DNA of 43,437 bases. Source: Acaryochloridaceae cyanobacterium VAR_48_metabat_390. Its GTDB lineage: Bacteria; Cyanobacteriota; Cyanobacteriia; Thermosynechococcales; Thermosynechococcaceae. The stretch spans positions 1 through 43,437 of the forward strand of contig JANPLU010000032.1 in NCBI GenBank assembly GCA_031422435.1, in the 5' to 3' direction. This document shows positions 10,779 through 20,191 of the stretch, piece after piece. The notes beneath the pieces were generated by a model. That model was not told the origin of the DNA. It ran no database searches and saw nothing but the letters and a program-made list of their open reading frames with translations. The position numbers and the translations under genes were made by a program. Position 1 is the first letter of the stretch. Each line of letters opens with the position of its first letter.

Positions 10779-11810
10779 CTAGGAGAGGCAGGACAGCACT
10801 GTGATAGAACCCGCATCGGCGATCGCCATCCCCTTAATCTCATCAGCCATCCCTTGAAGCATTGCGGCTGAAGGGGTCGCCCCCGCCCAACGCTGGGTAC
10901 TTTGTATCAGAACATCGGTAAGCTGTGGATTCTCTAGGGTCAGGTCTGCGCTGAAAATGAACAGGCGATCGCCCCTTTCCATCACAATACTTCCAGCCTC
11001 AGCCTGTGGCGCCATACCGGAGGAGCGAACTAAGGCGATCGCGTACCCTTGAGAACTGTAGGTGAGCGTGCGATTGTTCTCATCTAACTCACCATGAAAC
11101 AGCCGTAAATCTTTTGCAGCCTGCTGAAGCTTAGGCTCCATTAAAGAATGGGCATAGCGAATCCGATTTTGAAGGGACGGCTCTAAACTCAAGCCTCTGA
11201 ACAAACCGCGTAGGGTCGCTAAAAAAAATGTAGTAGTAGGCATACTAAAGGCTGTACGAGCAAGCGTCAAAAGCAGCTTGTCGGGAGCTATCTGCTGCCA
11301 ATCAAATAGTTCAGGGCTAGAGGGGGAGGGTTGCGTCGCAAGGGTCAAAGTGGTTATGTCAGGCATTGACTTAGCCCAGAGTGCAGCCTGAACCATCTCA
11401 TCGTCGAATGCTGAAGCCTGTCGCTGAAGCTGACGGAGCGCTAACTGCGTTTTAACCCGCGCCTGCACTTCAACCCACTGAAACGGCTTCGCTACATAAT
11501 CAACTGCGCCCACCTCAAAAGCTTTGGCCTTGTCCATCGACTCGTCTAAAGCGCTCACAAAAATGACCGGAATCTCCGCTGTCTTCGGGTCTTTTTTAAG
11601 AATTTCGCACAGCTCGTAGCCATCCATCTGCGGCATGGTGATGTCTAGCAAAATCAAGTCTGGCAGCTCAGCATGGATGGCGGTTAATGCCATTTCTCCA
11701 CTGGTGGCCTTGCGGACTTTGTAGCCAAGCTGCGTCAGCATCGTTGCCAGTAAACGCACGTTTACTGGCTGATCATCTACCACTAAAATATCGCCTTGTG
11801 TGCCGCTCAT
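10779..11810 (-). CDS. Response regulator receiver fused to a degenerate SpoIIE/PP2C-like domain
   Basis: REC motifs VVDD, DITMP, FVSA, KPF. C-terminal part has PP2C-like spacing (LFHGELD..LTYSSQGY, GDRLFIFSAD, SITVL). Confidence 0.8.
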   Translation of the reverse strand: MSGTQGDILVVDDQPVNVRLLATMLTQLGYKVRKATSGEMALTAIHAELPDLILLDITMPQMDGYELCEILKKDPKTAEIPVIFVSALDESMDKAKAFEVGAVDYVAKPFQWVEVQARVKTQLALRQLQRQASAFDDEMVQAALWAKSMPDITTLTLATQPSPSSPELFDWQQIAPDKLLLTLARTAFSMPTTTFFLATLRGLFRGLSLEPSLQNRIRYAHSLMEPKLQQAAKDLRLFHGELDENNRTLTYSSQGYAIALVRSSGMAPQAEAGSIVMERGDRLFIFSADLTLENPQLTDVLIQSTQRWAGATPSAAMLQGMADEIKGMAIADAGSITVLSCLS

Positions 11811-11824
11811 CTGCCCCCTAGTAC

Positions 11825-14800
11825 CTAGCCCCGCGTTAACTGCATAATCGGTTCAAATTGAAAATTGTTGACCCAGTTGATCAAGGTTTTTGCCGCAGGG
11901 TGGTCGAGATTGGGTAGTTCGGTGATGCGCTGAAGCAGGGTGTCATCATCACCGCGACTGGCAGCTTGATAAACGGCTTGCTGCCAGTTTAAGGGCATTT
12001 GAGCTAAAAAGGCGGCAATATCGACAGCAATATCGGTCGCTGCCCCATTGCTCCCTTCTATCGCTGAGGACAGTATGGGGGAGGGTTCTTCATAGATAAA
12101 CGTTACGCCAGTATGCTCTGCAATTTTAGCCAGCAATAGCGCCTCACGAAAGGGTTTAGACACAAAGTCATCGCAGCCCGTATGCAAAATGAGGTTGCGC
12201 TCTTCTTCAAAGGCGCTGGCGGTTAACGCAATAATGGCGGGTCGGCCTGAAGTTCGCTGGGCTTTAATAAGCCGCGTTGCTTCGTAGCCATCCATGATGG
12301 GCATTCGCATATCCATCAAAATGAGGTGGGGTTGCCAGGTGTGGTTGAGTTCAACGGCTTCTTGCCCGTTTTTTGCCTCCGCCACTTCAAATCCTAATGG
12401 CGTGAGTAATTTAACCAAAACTAAGCGATTTTCTCGCTGATCGTCTACCGCCAAAATGCGATAGGTGGGCTGATGGGGCGCAATGCCCATGACGCGAGGA
12501 ACTTTGCGATCGCCCCCAATCTCTAGCGACTCTAGCCTCTGTACCGCCACTTGAAACGAAAACACAGTGCCTTTTCCGACGTTGCTCTGAACCTGAAGCT
12601 GCCCACCCATTAGCTCCACAAATCGACGGCTGATAGATAGCCCTAACCCTGTCCCTTGCTGCGATTGACGACCCGACTGGGTTTGGCGAAACGCCTGAAA
12701 CAGCAGATCCATTTCTTCTGGGGCAATGCCCGGGCCGGTATCTTCAACCTCAACCCAAAGCAGCGTACAGGCGTTTGCTGAATTCTTTTGGGCTGAATTT
12801 TCTGGGGCTACATTCTCTGGTGCAGGTCTTTCTTGACTGCTTAAGCGCACCGTAACAGAGCCATCTTGGGTAAACTTGATCGCATTTCCCATCAGGTTAA
12901 TCAGCACCTGCCGTAGCTTTCCTTCATCGCCGTGGAGGTAGCAGGGCACCTGATTGGCACACTCAATCGTCAGCGCAATGCCCTTCTCTCGTGCCTTCAG
13001 GCGGAACATACTTTCAACGGTGTTGAGCAGGCGGCTTAGGTCGAAGTCGTTTTCTTCGAGGTTCATGCGACCCGACTCAATTTTGGACATTTCTAGAACA
13101 TCGTTGATCAGCCCTAGCAAATGTTCGCCACTGCGATTAATGATGTTGATATATTCTTGCTGGTCTGCATTGAGAGAGACATCTCGCTGCAAAATTTGGG
13201 TAAAGCCGATGACGGCGTTGAGGGGGGTTCGCAGTTCGTGGCTCATGTTAGACAAAAACTGACTTTTAGAACGGTTGGCGCTTTCGGCTAGCTCTTTGGC
13301 ATGGGAGAGGGCGAGTTCTGCCTGTTTGCGATCGCGGGCTTCAACCGCCAGCACAATTAAATCTGCCAAGGATTTTGCAAACCCTTCTTCTTCAAAAGAC
13401 CATTCACGACATTCGTTACGATGCTCTAGGCAAAACATGCCTAAAAACTGATCGCTGACGCTAATGGCGACGCTCAAGAGTGAATTGATGTGATTGGGTT
13501 CTAGGTAGAGTGGAGCAATTTCTGCCAGTCGATTTTCTTGGGCAACATCTGAAGCGGCAATCCACGGTTGGGTGGTCAGTACCTCAAAGAATGTAGGGCA
13601 GTCTGACTGAGAAAGAGATAACTCAACGGGCTGGGTAGAGGTGCCGCAGTCGTGGAGCAGGGCGCAGTCTAGGCGAGCGGGTTCTGCGGTATAAAACCAA
13701 ACGCTGACGCGATCGATGGCGGATAAATCAGCGGCAGTGGCGGCAATGTCCTGAAGGGCTTCTTGAAGATGACCCTGGCTAACGGCACGGTTTTTAGTGA
13801 GCTGAATGAGGGTTTCGTTTTGCCGCCGCAGCTTTTGCTCACTGGTTCGCAGCGCATCTTCTGCTAATTTACGCCGAGTGATATCGGTGACGGTGCCCTC
13901 GTAGTAGAGTAAATCGCCGTGGCTATTTTTGACCGCGCGGGCGTTTTCTGAAATCCAGATTACAGAGCCATTTTGACGGTAAACCTGGGCTTCAAAAGCC
14001 ATGACTTGGCCTTGGGTCTCAATTGCTTGGGTAAAACGGCTGCGGCAATCTGAATCGACATAAAGCTGTGCGGGAATATTTTTGATTTCAGCCATGAGGG
14101 CTTCGGGTGAGGCGTACCCATACAGACGGGCTAGGGCAAGGTTCGCGCTAGAATACTGACCTTCTGAAGTGGTTTGATAGATTCCATCGCTGGCGTTTTC
14201 AAAAATGCTGCGATACTTTTCTTCTGCCTGCTGAAGGGATACCGTTCGCTCGGCAACGCGGATCTCAAGGTTTTCAAAAGAACTGCGTAACTGCTCAGCC
14301 ATCTGGTTAAAAATGACGCCTAGCCCGTACATCTCTCGGATGCGAGAAGGAATAATGGTGTTGTGGTCAAGTTGACCTGCGGCGATCGCCTGACTTGCCC
14401 ACCCCAGTCGCCGCACCGCTTTCACAATTCGATGGGAGGTGTATAGCCCCAATCCGACCGCTACGGCGATGGCGACGAAAGAGAGTAGTGCCGTGTACAT
14501 CGCATTGCTGTACATTTCGCCCATTAAATCTGATCCTGGGATGACAATCATCGCCAGCCAATCGAGTCCAGCACTGTCTTTCCAGGGAAAAAGCTGAATG
14601 TAGTGCGTTTCGCGATTAAACTCAAACGTAAGCTGCTGATGAGACTGCACCGTCCTCAAGGACACAAAATGCTGCTGCAAAAACATTGCAGCGGCACGCC
14701 CTAGGGGATCTTGACTTGCCGTTGCCGGCTTTCGGGTGATTTGACCTTTGTTATTGAGATACGGCGGCTCCCTATCTGAATTTGCAATGAGCATGCCGTT

Positions 14801-15598
14801 GCGCTCTAGCACAATGGCCTTGGCATGGGGCGTCATTTTAAGATTGTGCAGAAACTCCCCAATCTGCGACAGAATTAAATCGACCCCCAATACGCCCGTT
14901 AGCTTCTTAGCACCATCATAAATAGGGATGCTGGCAGAAATAGACAGCACCTCAGGCCGATTCTGCCACTGATAAATTGAACTCCAGATAGGCTTACCCG
15001 CTTTGGCGGCATCGGCATACCAGCCTTCTTCCCGAATCGAAACCGGATCGTAGGTTTCGTAAAGACCCTGCTTACGTCCAGTCTGATCTAGCTGATAATT
15101 CAAAAACCGCGTGATGTCATCCTGACGCGACTGTAAGAGAACGATTTTTCCATCATTTTGACGCTCTGCCCCAATAAAGTCTCTTTGCTCACTGGCGTAG
15201 TCGATATAGCCAATGTGGGGAAAAATTTGAAGCTGTCGATGAAAAAGTCTGCCCAGCCGATCTAAATCGCTGAACTTGAGCGCTCCAATCTCTGTAACGG
15301 CAAGGTTAATCTGATTAATCTGGGTTGGCTCTGCCAAAATATTGTCTAGGTGATCGCTGATATGACGCGCTAGCTCAATACGCTGCTGAGCTGCGATGTT
15401 CTCAACGGCCTTTTGCCCTTGTGTGAATGAGAGCCACCCCACTAACCCGACTGCTGCCGCAAGCTGCACTACATAGGGCACCACCAAAATAAACCGCAGC
15501 GCAACTTTACGCTTTACCGCAGCCGTATTTGCCGTATTTGCCGTATTTGCCGTATTGGCTTGTGGGGGTGCTGGCTTAGAGTTTGAGGCATCGGTCAT
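11825..15598 (-). CDS. Hybrid sensor histidine kinase (TM-Cache-TM-HAMP-PAS-GAF-HisKA-HATPase-REC)
   Basis: MSHELRTPLN H-box, NLMGNAIKFT, DTGPGI, GTGLGL, C-terminal REC (VDD, DMRMP, KPF), PAS (YRSIFENA..WISENARAV..YEGTVTDIT). Confidence 0.93.
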   Translation of the reverse strand: MTDASNSKPAPPQANTANTANTANTAAVKRKVALRFILVVPYVVQLAAAVGLVGWLSFTQGQKAVENIAAQQRIELARHISDHLDNILAEPTQINQINLAVTEIGALKFSDLDRLGRLFHRQLQIFPHIGYIDYASEQRDFIGAERQNDGKIVLLQSRQDDITRFLNYQLDQTGRKQGLYETYDPVSIREEGWYADAAKAGKPIWSSIYQWQNRPEVLSISASIPIYDGAKKLTGVLGVDLILSQIGEFLHNLKMTPHAKAIVLERNGMLIANSDREPPYLNNKGQITRKPATASQDPLGRAAAMFLQQHFVSLRTVQSHQQLTFEFNRETHYIQLFPWKDSAGLDWLAMIVIPGSDLMGEMYSNAMYTALLSFVAIAVAVGLGLYTSHRIVKAVRRLGWASQAIAAGQLDHNTIIPSRIREMYGLGVIFNQMAEQLRSSFENLEIRVAERTVSLQQAEEKYRSIFENASDGIYQTTSEGQYSSANLALARLYGYASPEALMAEIKNIPAQLYVDSDCRSRFTQAIETQGQVMAFEAQVYRQNGSVIWISENARAVKNSHGDLLYYEGTVTDITRRKLAEDALRTSEQKLRRQNETLIQLTKNRAVSQGHLQEALQDIAATAADLSAIDRVSVWFYTAEPARLDCALLHDCGTSTQPVELSLSQSDCPTFFEVLTTQPWIAASDVAQENRLAEIAPLYLEPNHINSLLSVAISVSDQFLGMFCLEHRNECREWSFEEEGFAKSLADLIVLAVEARDRKQAELALSHAKELAESANRSKSQFLSNMSHELRTPLNAVIGFTQILQRDVSLNADQQEYINIINRSGEHLLGLINDVLEMSKIESGRMNLEENDFDLSRLLNTVESMFRLKAREKGIALTIECANQVPCYLHGDEGKLRQVLINLMGNAIKFTQDGSVTVRLSSQERPAPENVAPENSAQKNSANACTLLWVEVEDTGPGIAPEEMDLLFQAFRQTQSGRQSQQGTGLGLSISRRFVELMGGQLQVQSNVGKGTVFSFQVAVQRLESLEIGGDRKVPRVMGIAPHQPTYRILAVDDQRENRLVLVKLLTPLGFEVAEAKNGQEAVELNHTWQPHLILMDMRMPIMDGYEATRLIKAQRTSGRPAIIALTASAFEEERNLILHTGCDDFVSKPFREALLLAKIAEHTGVTFIYEEPSPILSSAIEGSNGAATDIAVDIAAFLAQMPLNWQQAVYQAASRGDDDTLLQRITELPNLDHPAAKTLINWVNNFQFEPIMQLTRG
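15522..15556. repeat. 9-bp tandem repeat (GCCGTATTT, ~3.9 copies) encoding ANT repeats in the kinase N-terminus
   Basis: Read directly: gccgtattt gccgtattt gccgtattt gccgtatt. Confidence 0.9.
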
Positions 15599-15796
15599 TG
15601 CAGTACGGGCAACGCAGCAGTAGCGCTAGCGAAAGCTAGACGGTGAACTAGAAATTGAGCGGCACGGTTCATAATAAAGGCTAACCCTATTGTGGACTGA
15701 CTTTGGCGAGGGGTGATCAGGGAGCCTGTAATGAATGCTCTAAATCTTCTTCTGAATTGAATGCCTTAAATCTCACGTTCTAAACGTTCTCTACTT

Positions 15797-16747
15797 ATGC
15801 GCGAACTCTATCCGGCGATCGCCCCTTACAACAGCGGGATACTACAGGTGTCAGACCTACACACCCTCTACTACGAACAGGTAGGCAACCCGAACGGTAA
15901 GCCAATCGTAGTGCTTCACGGTGGGCCAGGGGGCGGCACGGAGCCATTCTATCGTCAGTATTTTAACCCCGCACAGTGGCGCATTGTGCTGTTTGATCAG
16001 CGGGGCTGCGGACGCAGTACACCCCACGCCGAACTGCGTGAGAACACAACCTGGAGCCTAGTGGGCGATATTGAAACGCTGCGACGACACCTTGGAATTG
16101 AGCGCTGGGCCGTATGGGGCGGCAGTTGGGGCAGCACTTTGGCCTTAGCCTATAGCCAAACGCATCCTGAGTCTTGCCTCAGCCTCATTCTGCGCGGTAT
16201 CTTTTTGCTGCGCGCTCAGGAAATTCGCTGGTTTTACCAAGAAGGAGCCAGCAATCTTTTCCCGGATGCGTGGGAGGCATACCTAAAGCCAATCCCCCCA
16301 GAAGAACGCCATGATTTAGTGGCAGCCTACTATCGCCGTCTCACCAGTTCCGATCCGCTGATTCGGGCGGTGGCAGCGCGGGCTTGGTCGGTGTGGGAAG
16401 GCAGCACCAGCAAGCTGATTCCTGACCCTGGGCTACAGGAGCGCTTTGCCCAAGATAGCTTTGCCGATGCCTTTGCCAGAATAGAGTGTCATTACTTTGT
16501 AAACAAAGGCTTCTTTGAGATAGATGATCACCTGCTGCGCGGCTGCGATCGCATCCAGCACCTACCCACAACCATTGTGCAGGGACGTTACGACGTGGTG
16601 TGCCCCACCACCTCAGCCTGGGAACTCCATAAGGCGTTGCCTCAGTCCGAGCTGATCATTGTGCCGGATGCCGGACACTCAATGACTGAGCCAGGGATTC
16701 AAAGTGCGCTGATTGAGGCGGGCGATCGCTGCTTTGCAGCGCTTTAG
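15797..16747 (+). CDS. pip: Proline iminopeptidase
   Basis: HGGPGGG, FDQRGCGRSTP, GGSWGSTL, LRGIF, ARIECHYF, QGRYD, AGHS. Confidence 0.95.
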   Translation: MRELYPAIAPYNSGILQVSDLHTLYYEQVGNPNGKPIVVLHGGPGGGTEPFYRQYFNPAQWRIVLFDQRGCGRSTPHAELRENTTWSLVGDIETLRRHLGIERWAVWGGSWGSTLALAYSQTHPESCLSLILRGIFLLRAQEIRWFYQEGASNLFPDAWEAYLKPIPPEERHDLVAAYYRRLTSSDPLIRAVAARAWSVWEGSTSKLIPDPGLQERFAQDSFADAFARIECHYFVNKGFFEIDDHLLRGCDRIQHLPTTIVQGRYDVVCPTTSAWELHKALPQSELIIVPDAGHSMTEPGIQSALIEAGDRCFAAL

Positions 16748-16842
16748 AGCGCCAATACGCCCTTAGATTGTGTCGTGGACTTGCTTGGACTCTTGCTTAA
16801 AAACCTGCTCTAATGACTAGACTGGCGTACTGGTAGCTCTCA

Positions 16843-17949
16843 ATGGTCAGAAATCCGTTTCCCCTTCAGGCTAAAGAAGATGATGAACTGCGCTATTTTT
16901 ATGACGCACCAGGTACCGTCCCTGGCACGTTAAAAATTAATCAAAACGCCCATCCTACAGAAGTTGTTTTAATTGACTACAACGCAGAGGGAGCCTGTCG
17001 CGTCCATCTCAATCAGCCAGAAGACTTCACCCCCTACATGGATACCCCTTCGGTGTCTTGGGTAGATGTGCGAGGCTTTGGAAATGAAGATTTTTTAAAT
17101 CGACTGGGACAAACCTTTAGCCTGCATCCGCTAGTGTTAGAGGATGTGGTCAATGTGCCCCAGCGCCCCAAAGTTGAAGACTACGATGACCAGCTTGTGA
17201 TTATTGCCCAGATGGTGATTCCCAAACCTAACGGCATTGGCTTTTGGCGAGAGCAGGTGAGCCTCATTTTAGGCAAAACCTACCTGCTCACAGTGCAGGA
17301 AGAACCTGAACATGACTGCTTTGAGGCAGTGCGCGATCGCATCCGATTTAGCAAAGGCACCATTCGTGAGCGCGGCGCAGACTACTTGGCCTATACGCTT
17401 CTTGACTCTATTATTGACGGGTTTTTTCCAGTTTTAGAAGACTACGGCGAACGGATTGAAAACCTAGAAAATGAAGTAGTGTCTCGCCCAACGCCTAAAA
17501 CCTTAGACAAAATTCATCAGATTCGCCGCGATCTCTTAATGTTACGCCGCGCCATTTGGCCTCAGCGAGAGGCGATTAATTCACTGATTAGAGACGCAAG
17601 CCCGCTCATTAGTCGAGACGTGCAGATTTACCTGCGCGACTGTTATGACCATGCCATCCAAGTGTTAGACATGGTAGAAACCTACCGAGAGCTAGCCTCT
17701 AGCCTCATGGATGTCTATCTTTCTTCGGTCAACAACCGTATGAACGAAATCATGAAGGTCCTGACGGTTTTTTCAACGCTGTTTATGCCCATTACCTTTA
17801 TTGTGGGCGTGTACGGCATGAACTTTAAGGTGATGCCCGAACTAGAGTGGCGCTGGGGCTATCCGACCGTTTGGCTAGTCATGCTTTCCATTGAGGCAAC
17901 CCTGGTCTTCTTCTTCTGGAAACGGGGCTGGTTTCGCCCGAGCGCTTAG
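16843..17949 (+). CDS. corA: Magnesium/cobalt transporter CorA
   Basis: LHPLVLED..QRPKVE; MNEIMKVLT..YGMNF..MPEL.W.WGY signature with two C-terminal TMs. Confidence 0.95.
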   Translation: MVRNPFPLQAKEDDELRYFYDAPGTVPGTLKINQNAHPTEVVLIDYNAEGACRVHLNQPEDFTPYMDTPSVSWVDVRGFGNEDFLNRLGQTFSLHPLVLEDVVNVPQRPKVEDYDDQLVIIAQMVIPKPNGIGFWREQVSLILGKTYLLTVQEEPEHDCFEAVRDRIRFSKGTIRERGADYLAYTLLDSIIDGFFPVLEDYGERIENLENEVVSRPTPKTLDKIHQIRRDLLMLRRAIWPQREAINSLIRDASPLISRDVQIYLRDCYDHAIQVLDMVETYRELASSLMDVYLSSVNNRMNEIMKVLTVFSTLFMPITFIVGVYGMNFKVMPELEWRWGYPTVWLVMLSIEATLVFFFWKRGWFRPSA

Positions 17950-18015
17950 TGCAGGGTAGGATGAGAAAAGGCTCAATGCATTGGGTTCAGTGTTGAATAG
18001 TGTTTCTACAGATTC

Positions 18016-19548
18016 ATGAACTTTCCTGATTTTGACCAATTTACGCAACTTGCCCAAAAAGGCAACTTTATTCCGGTTTATCGGGAATGGGTTGCTGACC
18101 TTGATACGCCTGTTTCTGCCTGGTATCGCGTCTGTGCAGGACAGCCCTACAGCTTTTTACTCGAGTCTGTTGAAGGCGGAGAGCATATTGGTCGCTACAG
18201 CTTTTTGGGCTGCGATCCGCTTTGGGTACTAGAAACACGGGGCGATCGCACCACCCAAACCCACCGCGATGGTTCAACCACCCACTTTACAGGCGATCCT
18301 TTTGAAATATTGGCAGACTGCCTTAAACCCTATCACCCCGTTAAACTTCCACAGCTCCCTGCTGGCATTGGCGGCCTGTTTGGCTTTTGGGGCTATGAGC
18401 TAATCCGCTGGATTGAACCACGGGTTCCCGTCCACGCCTCCACCGCAGAAGATTTACCCGATGGACTGTGGATGCAGGTGGACAACCTGCTGATTTTTGA
18501 CCAGGTGAAGCGCAAAACCTATGTGATTGCCTACGCAGACCTACGAGAAGAAACGGATTTAGCGGTGGCTTATGGAAAGGCGTGCGATCACATTGATACC
18601 CTCGTCCAACGTCTCAAACACCCGCTCAACCGTGCGCTTATTGAACTCACCAGCCAACCCAATCTCGCCACCCAGCCCCCTGTTGCCTTCAAAAGCAGCG
18701 TTTCTCAGGCGCAGTTTTGCGCCAACGTGGTGAAGGCCAAAGACTACATCAAAGCCGGAGATATTTTTCAGGTGGTGCTGTCTCAACGGCTGGAAGTTCC
18801 CTATGAAGGGGATCCTTTCATGCTGTATCGCTCCCTACGGCTGATTAATCCTTCACCCTATATGGCCTTCATGAACTTCAAAGACTGGCAGATCATAGGG
18901 TCTAGCCCAGAAGTGATGGTCAAAGCCGAGCGACAAGCCGATGCAGATGCGCCATTGCTGGCAACGGTGCGCCCCATTGCTGGCACCCGTCCCCGTGGCA
19001 AAACCTTCGCTGAAGACCAAGCCTACGAAAAAGACCTGCTGCAAGACCCCAAAGAAATTGCAGAACACGTCATGCTGGTGGATTTAGGTCGTAATGACCT
19101 CGGACGAGTTTGCATTAACGGTAGTGTACAGGTGCAGCCAGAGGCGCTGATGGTGATTGAGCGCTACTCCCACGTTATGCATATTGTCAGCAACGTGATT
19201 GGGGAGTTGGCTCCTGGCAAAACCGCCTGGGATTTGCTCAAAGCCTGTTTTCCTGCGGGTACGGTCAGTGGCGCGCCCAAAATTCGGGCAATGGAGATTG
19301 TGCATGAGCTAGAGGGCTGTCGTCGTGGCCCTTATTCTGGCGTGTATGGCTATTATGACTTTGAAGGTCAGCTTAATTCTGCAATTACCATTCGCACCAT
19401 GATTGTGCAAAAAGACGGTGATCGCCATAAAGTCAGCGTCCAGGCAGGTGCAGGCTTAGTCGCAGATTCTGTGCCAGAGCTAGAGTACGAAGAAACCCTC
19501 AATAAGGCACGAGGCTTACTAGAAGCAATTCGATTTTTAGCGCAGTGA
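18016..19548 (+). CDS. trpE: Anthranilate synthase component I
   Basis: LLESVEGG, GDIFQVVLSQR, NPSPYM, PIAGTRPRG, EHVMLVDLGRND, FPAGTVSGAPKIRAM, QAGAGLVADS. Confidence 0.95.
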   Translation: MNFPDFDQFTQLAQKGNFIPVYREWVADLDTPVSAWYRVCAGQPYSFLLESVEGGEHIGRYSFLGCDPLWVLETRGDRTTQTHRDGSTTHFTGDPFEILADCLKPYHPVKLPQLPAGIGGLFGFWGYELIRWIEPRVPVHASTAEDLPDGLWMQVDNLLIFDQVKRKTYVIAYADLREETDLAVAYGKACDHIDTLVQRLKHPLNRALIELTSQPNLATQPPVAFKSSVSQAQFCANVVKAKDYIKAGDIFQVVLSQRLEVPYEGDPFMLYRSLRLINPSPYMAFMNFKDWQIIGSSPEVMVKAERQADADAPLLATVRPIAGTRPRGKTFAEDQAYEKDLLQDPKEIAEHVMLVDLGRNDLGRVCINGSVQVQPEALMVIERYSHVMHIVSNVIGELAPGKTAWDLLKACFPAGTVSGAPKIRAMEIVHELEGCRRGPYSGVYGYYDFEGQLNSAITIRTMIVQKDGDRHKVSVQAGAGLVADSVPELEYEETLNKARGLLEAIRFLAQ

Positions 19549-19720
19549 TTTAGATTCTTAGGGATTAAAGCATTTAATTTTTTGCCAGAACAAAATAATA
19601 ACCCATCTAAAAATCTCTTTTCTTGCGTCAAAACAGCTCCTATACTAAAAGCTCAGATGCTCAATCGTAACGGCTCTCGTTTTCGCAGAATATCAGGACG
19701 TTCTTCGGAGTAAAGCAAAC

Positions 19721-20191
19721 ATGGTTGGAGATGTCATTCGCATCTTGAGCGTCGCTATTGTAGGGGCTATTTTGATGTTTTTGGTGCAGCCCTGGCTTTT
19801 TCAGAGTGGCATAGTGCCCATTACACAGGTAGAGGTAGATACCTGGCTCTCTGAGAAATATACGGTTGGTGCTGTCATTGTGTTTAGCACGGCGCTAGTC
19901 GCCACAATTCTTTGGTATGTCAGCGCCCTGCGCGCCAAAGTCACAGCTTTTAATGAAGCATCGCCCCTGCGTTTAGTATGGGGGCTGCTGCTGCTGCTGC
20001 CCATTATTGGCATTTGCGTTGCGCTGTTTTTCTACAACAACAGTAGCGAGGCGCTGCTCCCCCTCACCTTTATGTATGTGGTGGATGTGGTGTGGGTGTA
20101 CTGGTTTACAACAGCGATTAGTTCTCCGGGTCTGCTCAAATTTATTCCGCCAGGCTCCTTTACGGTTCGTCATCTTATAGGACTGAAGTAA
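19721..20191 (+). CDS. Hypothetical membrane protein (~4 TM), first gene of the tubulin/actin-like cluster
   Basis: Four hydrophobic stretches; GGAG upstream; the TAA stop overlaps the next ATG (TAATG). Confidence 0.8.
   Translation: MVGDVIRILSVAIVGAILMFLVQPWLFQSGIVPITQVEVDTWLSEKYTVGAVIVFSTALVATILWYVSALRAKVTAFNEASPLRLVWGLLLLLPIIGICVALFFYNNSSEALLPLTFMYVVDVVWVYWFTTAISSPGLLKFIPPGSFTVRHLIGLK

Noticed and set aside
19643..19656. 14-bp sequence TACTAAAAGCTCAG repeated at 39740-39753 as possible att sites
   Set aside because: A few 14-mer matches are expected by chance in 43 kb, and the interval contains core genes (nusA, infB).
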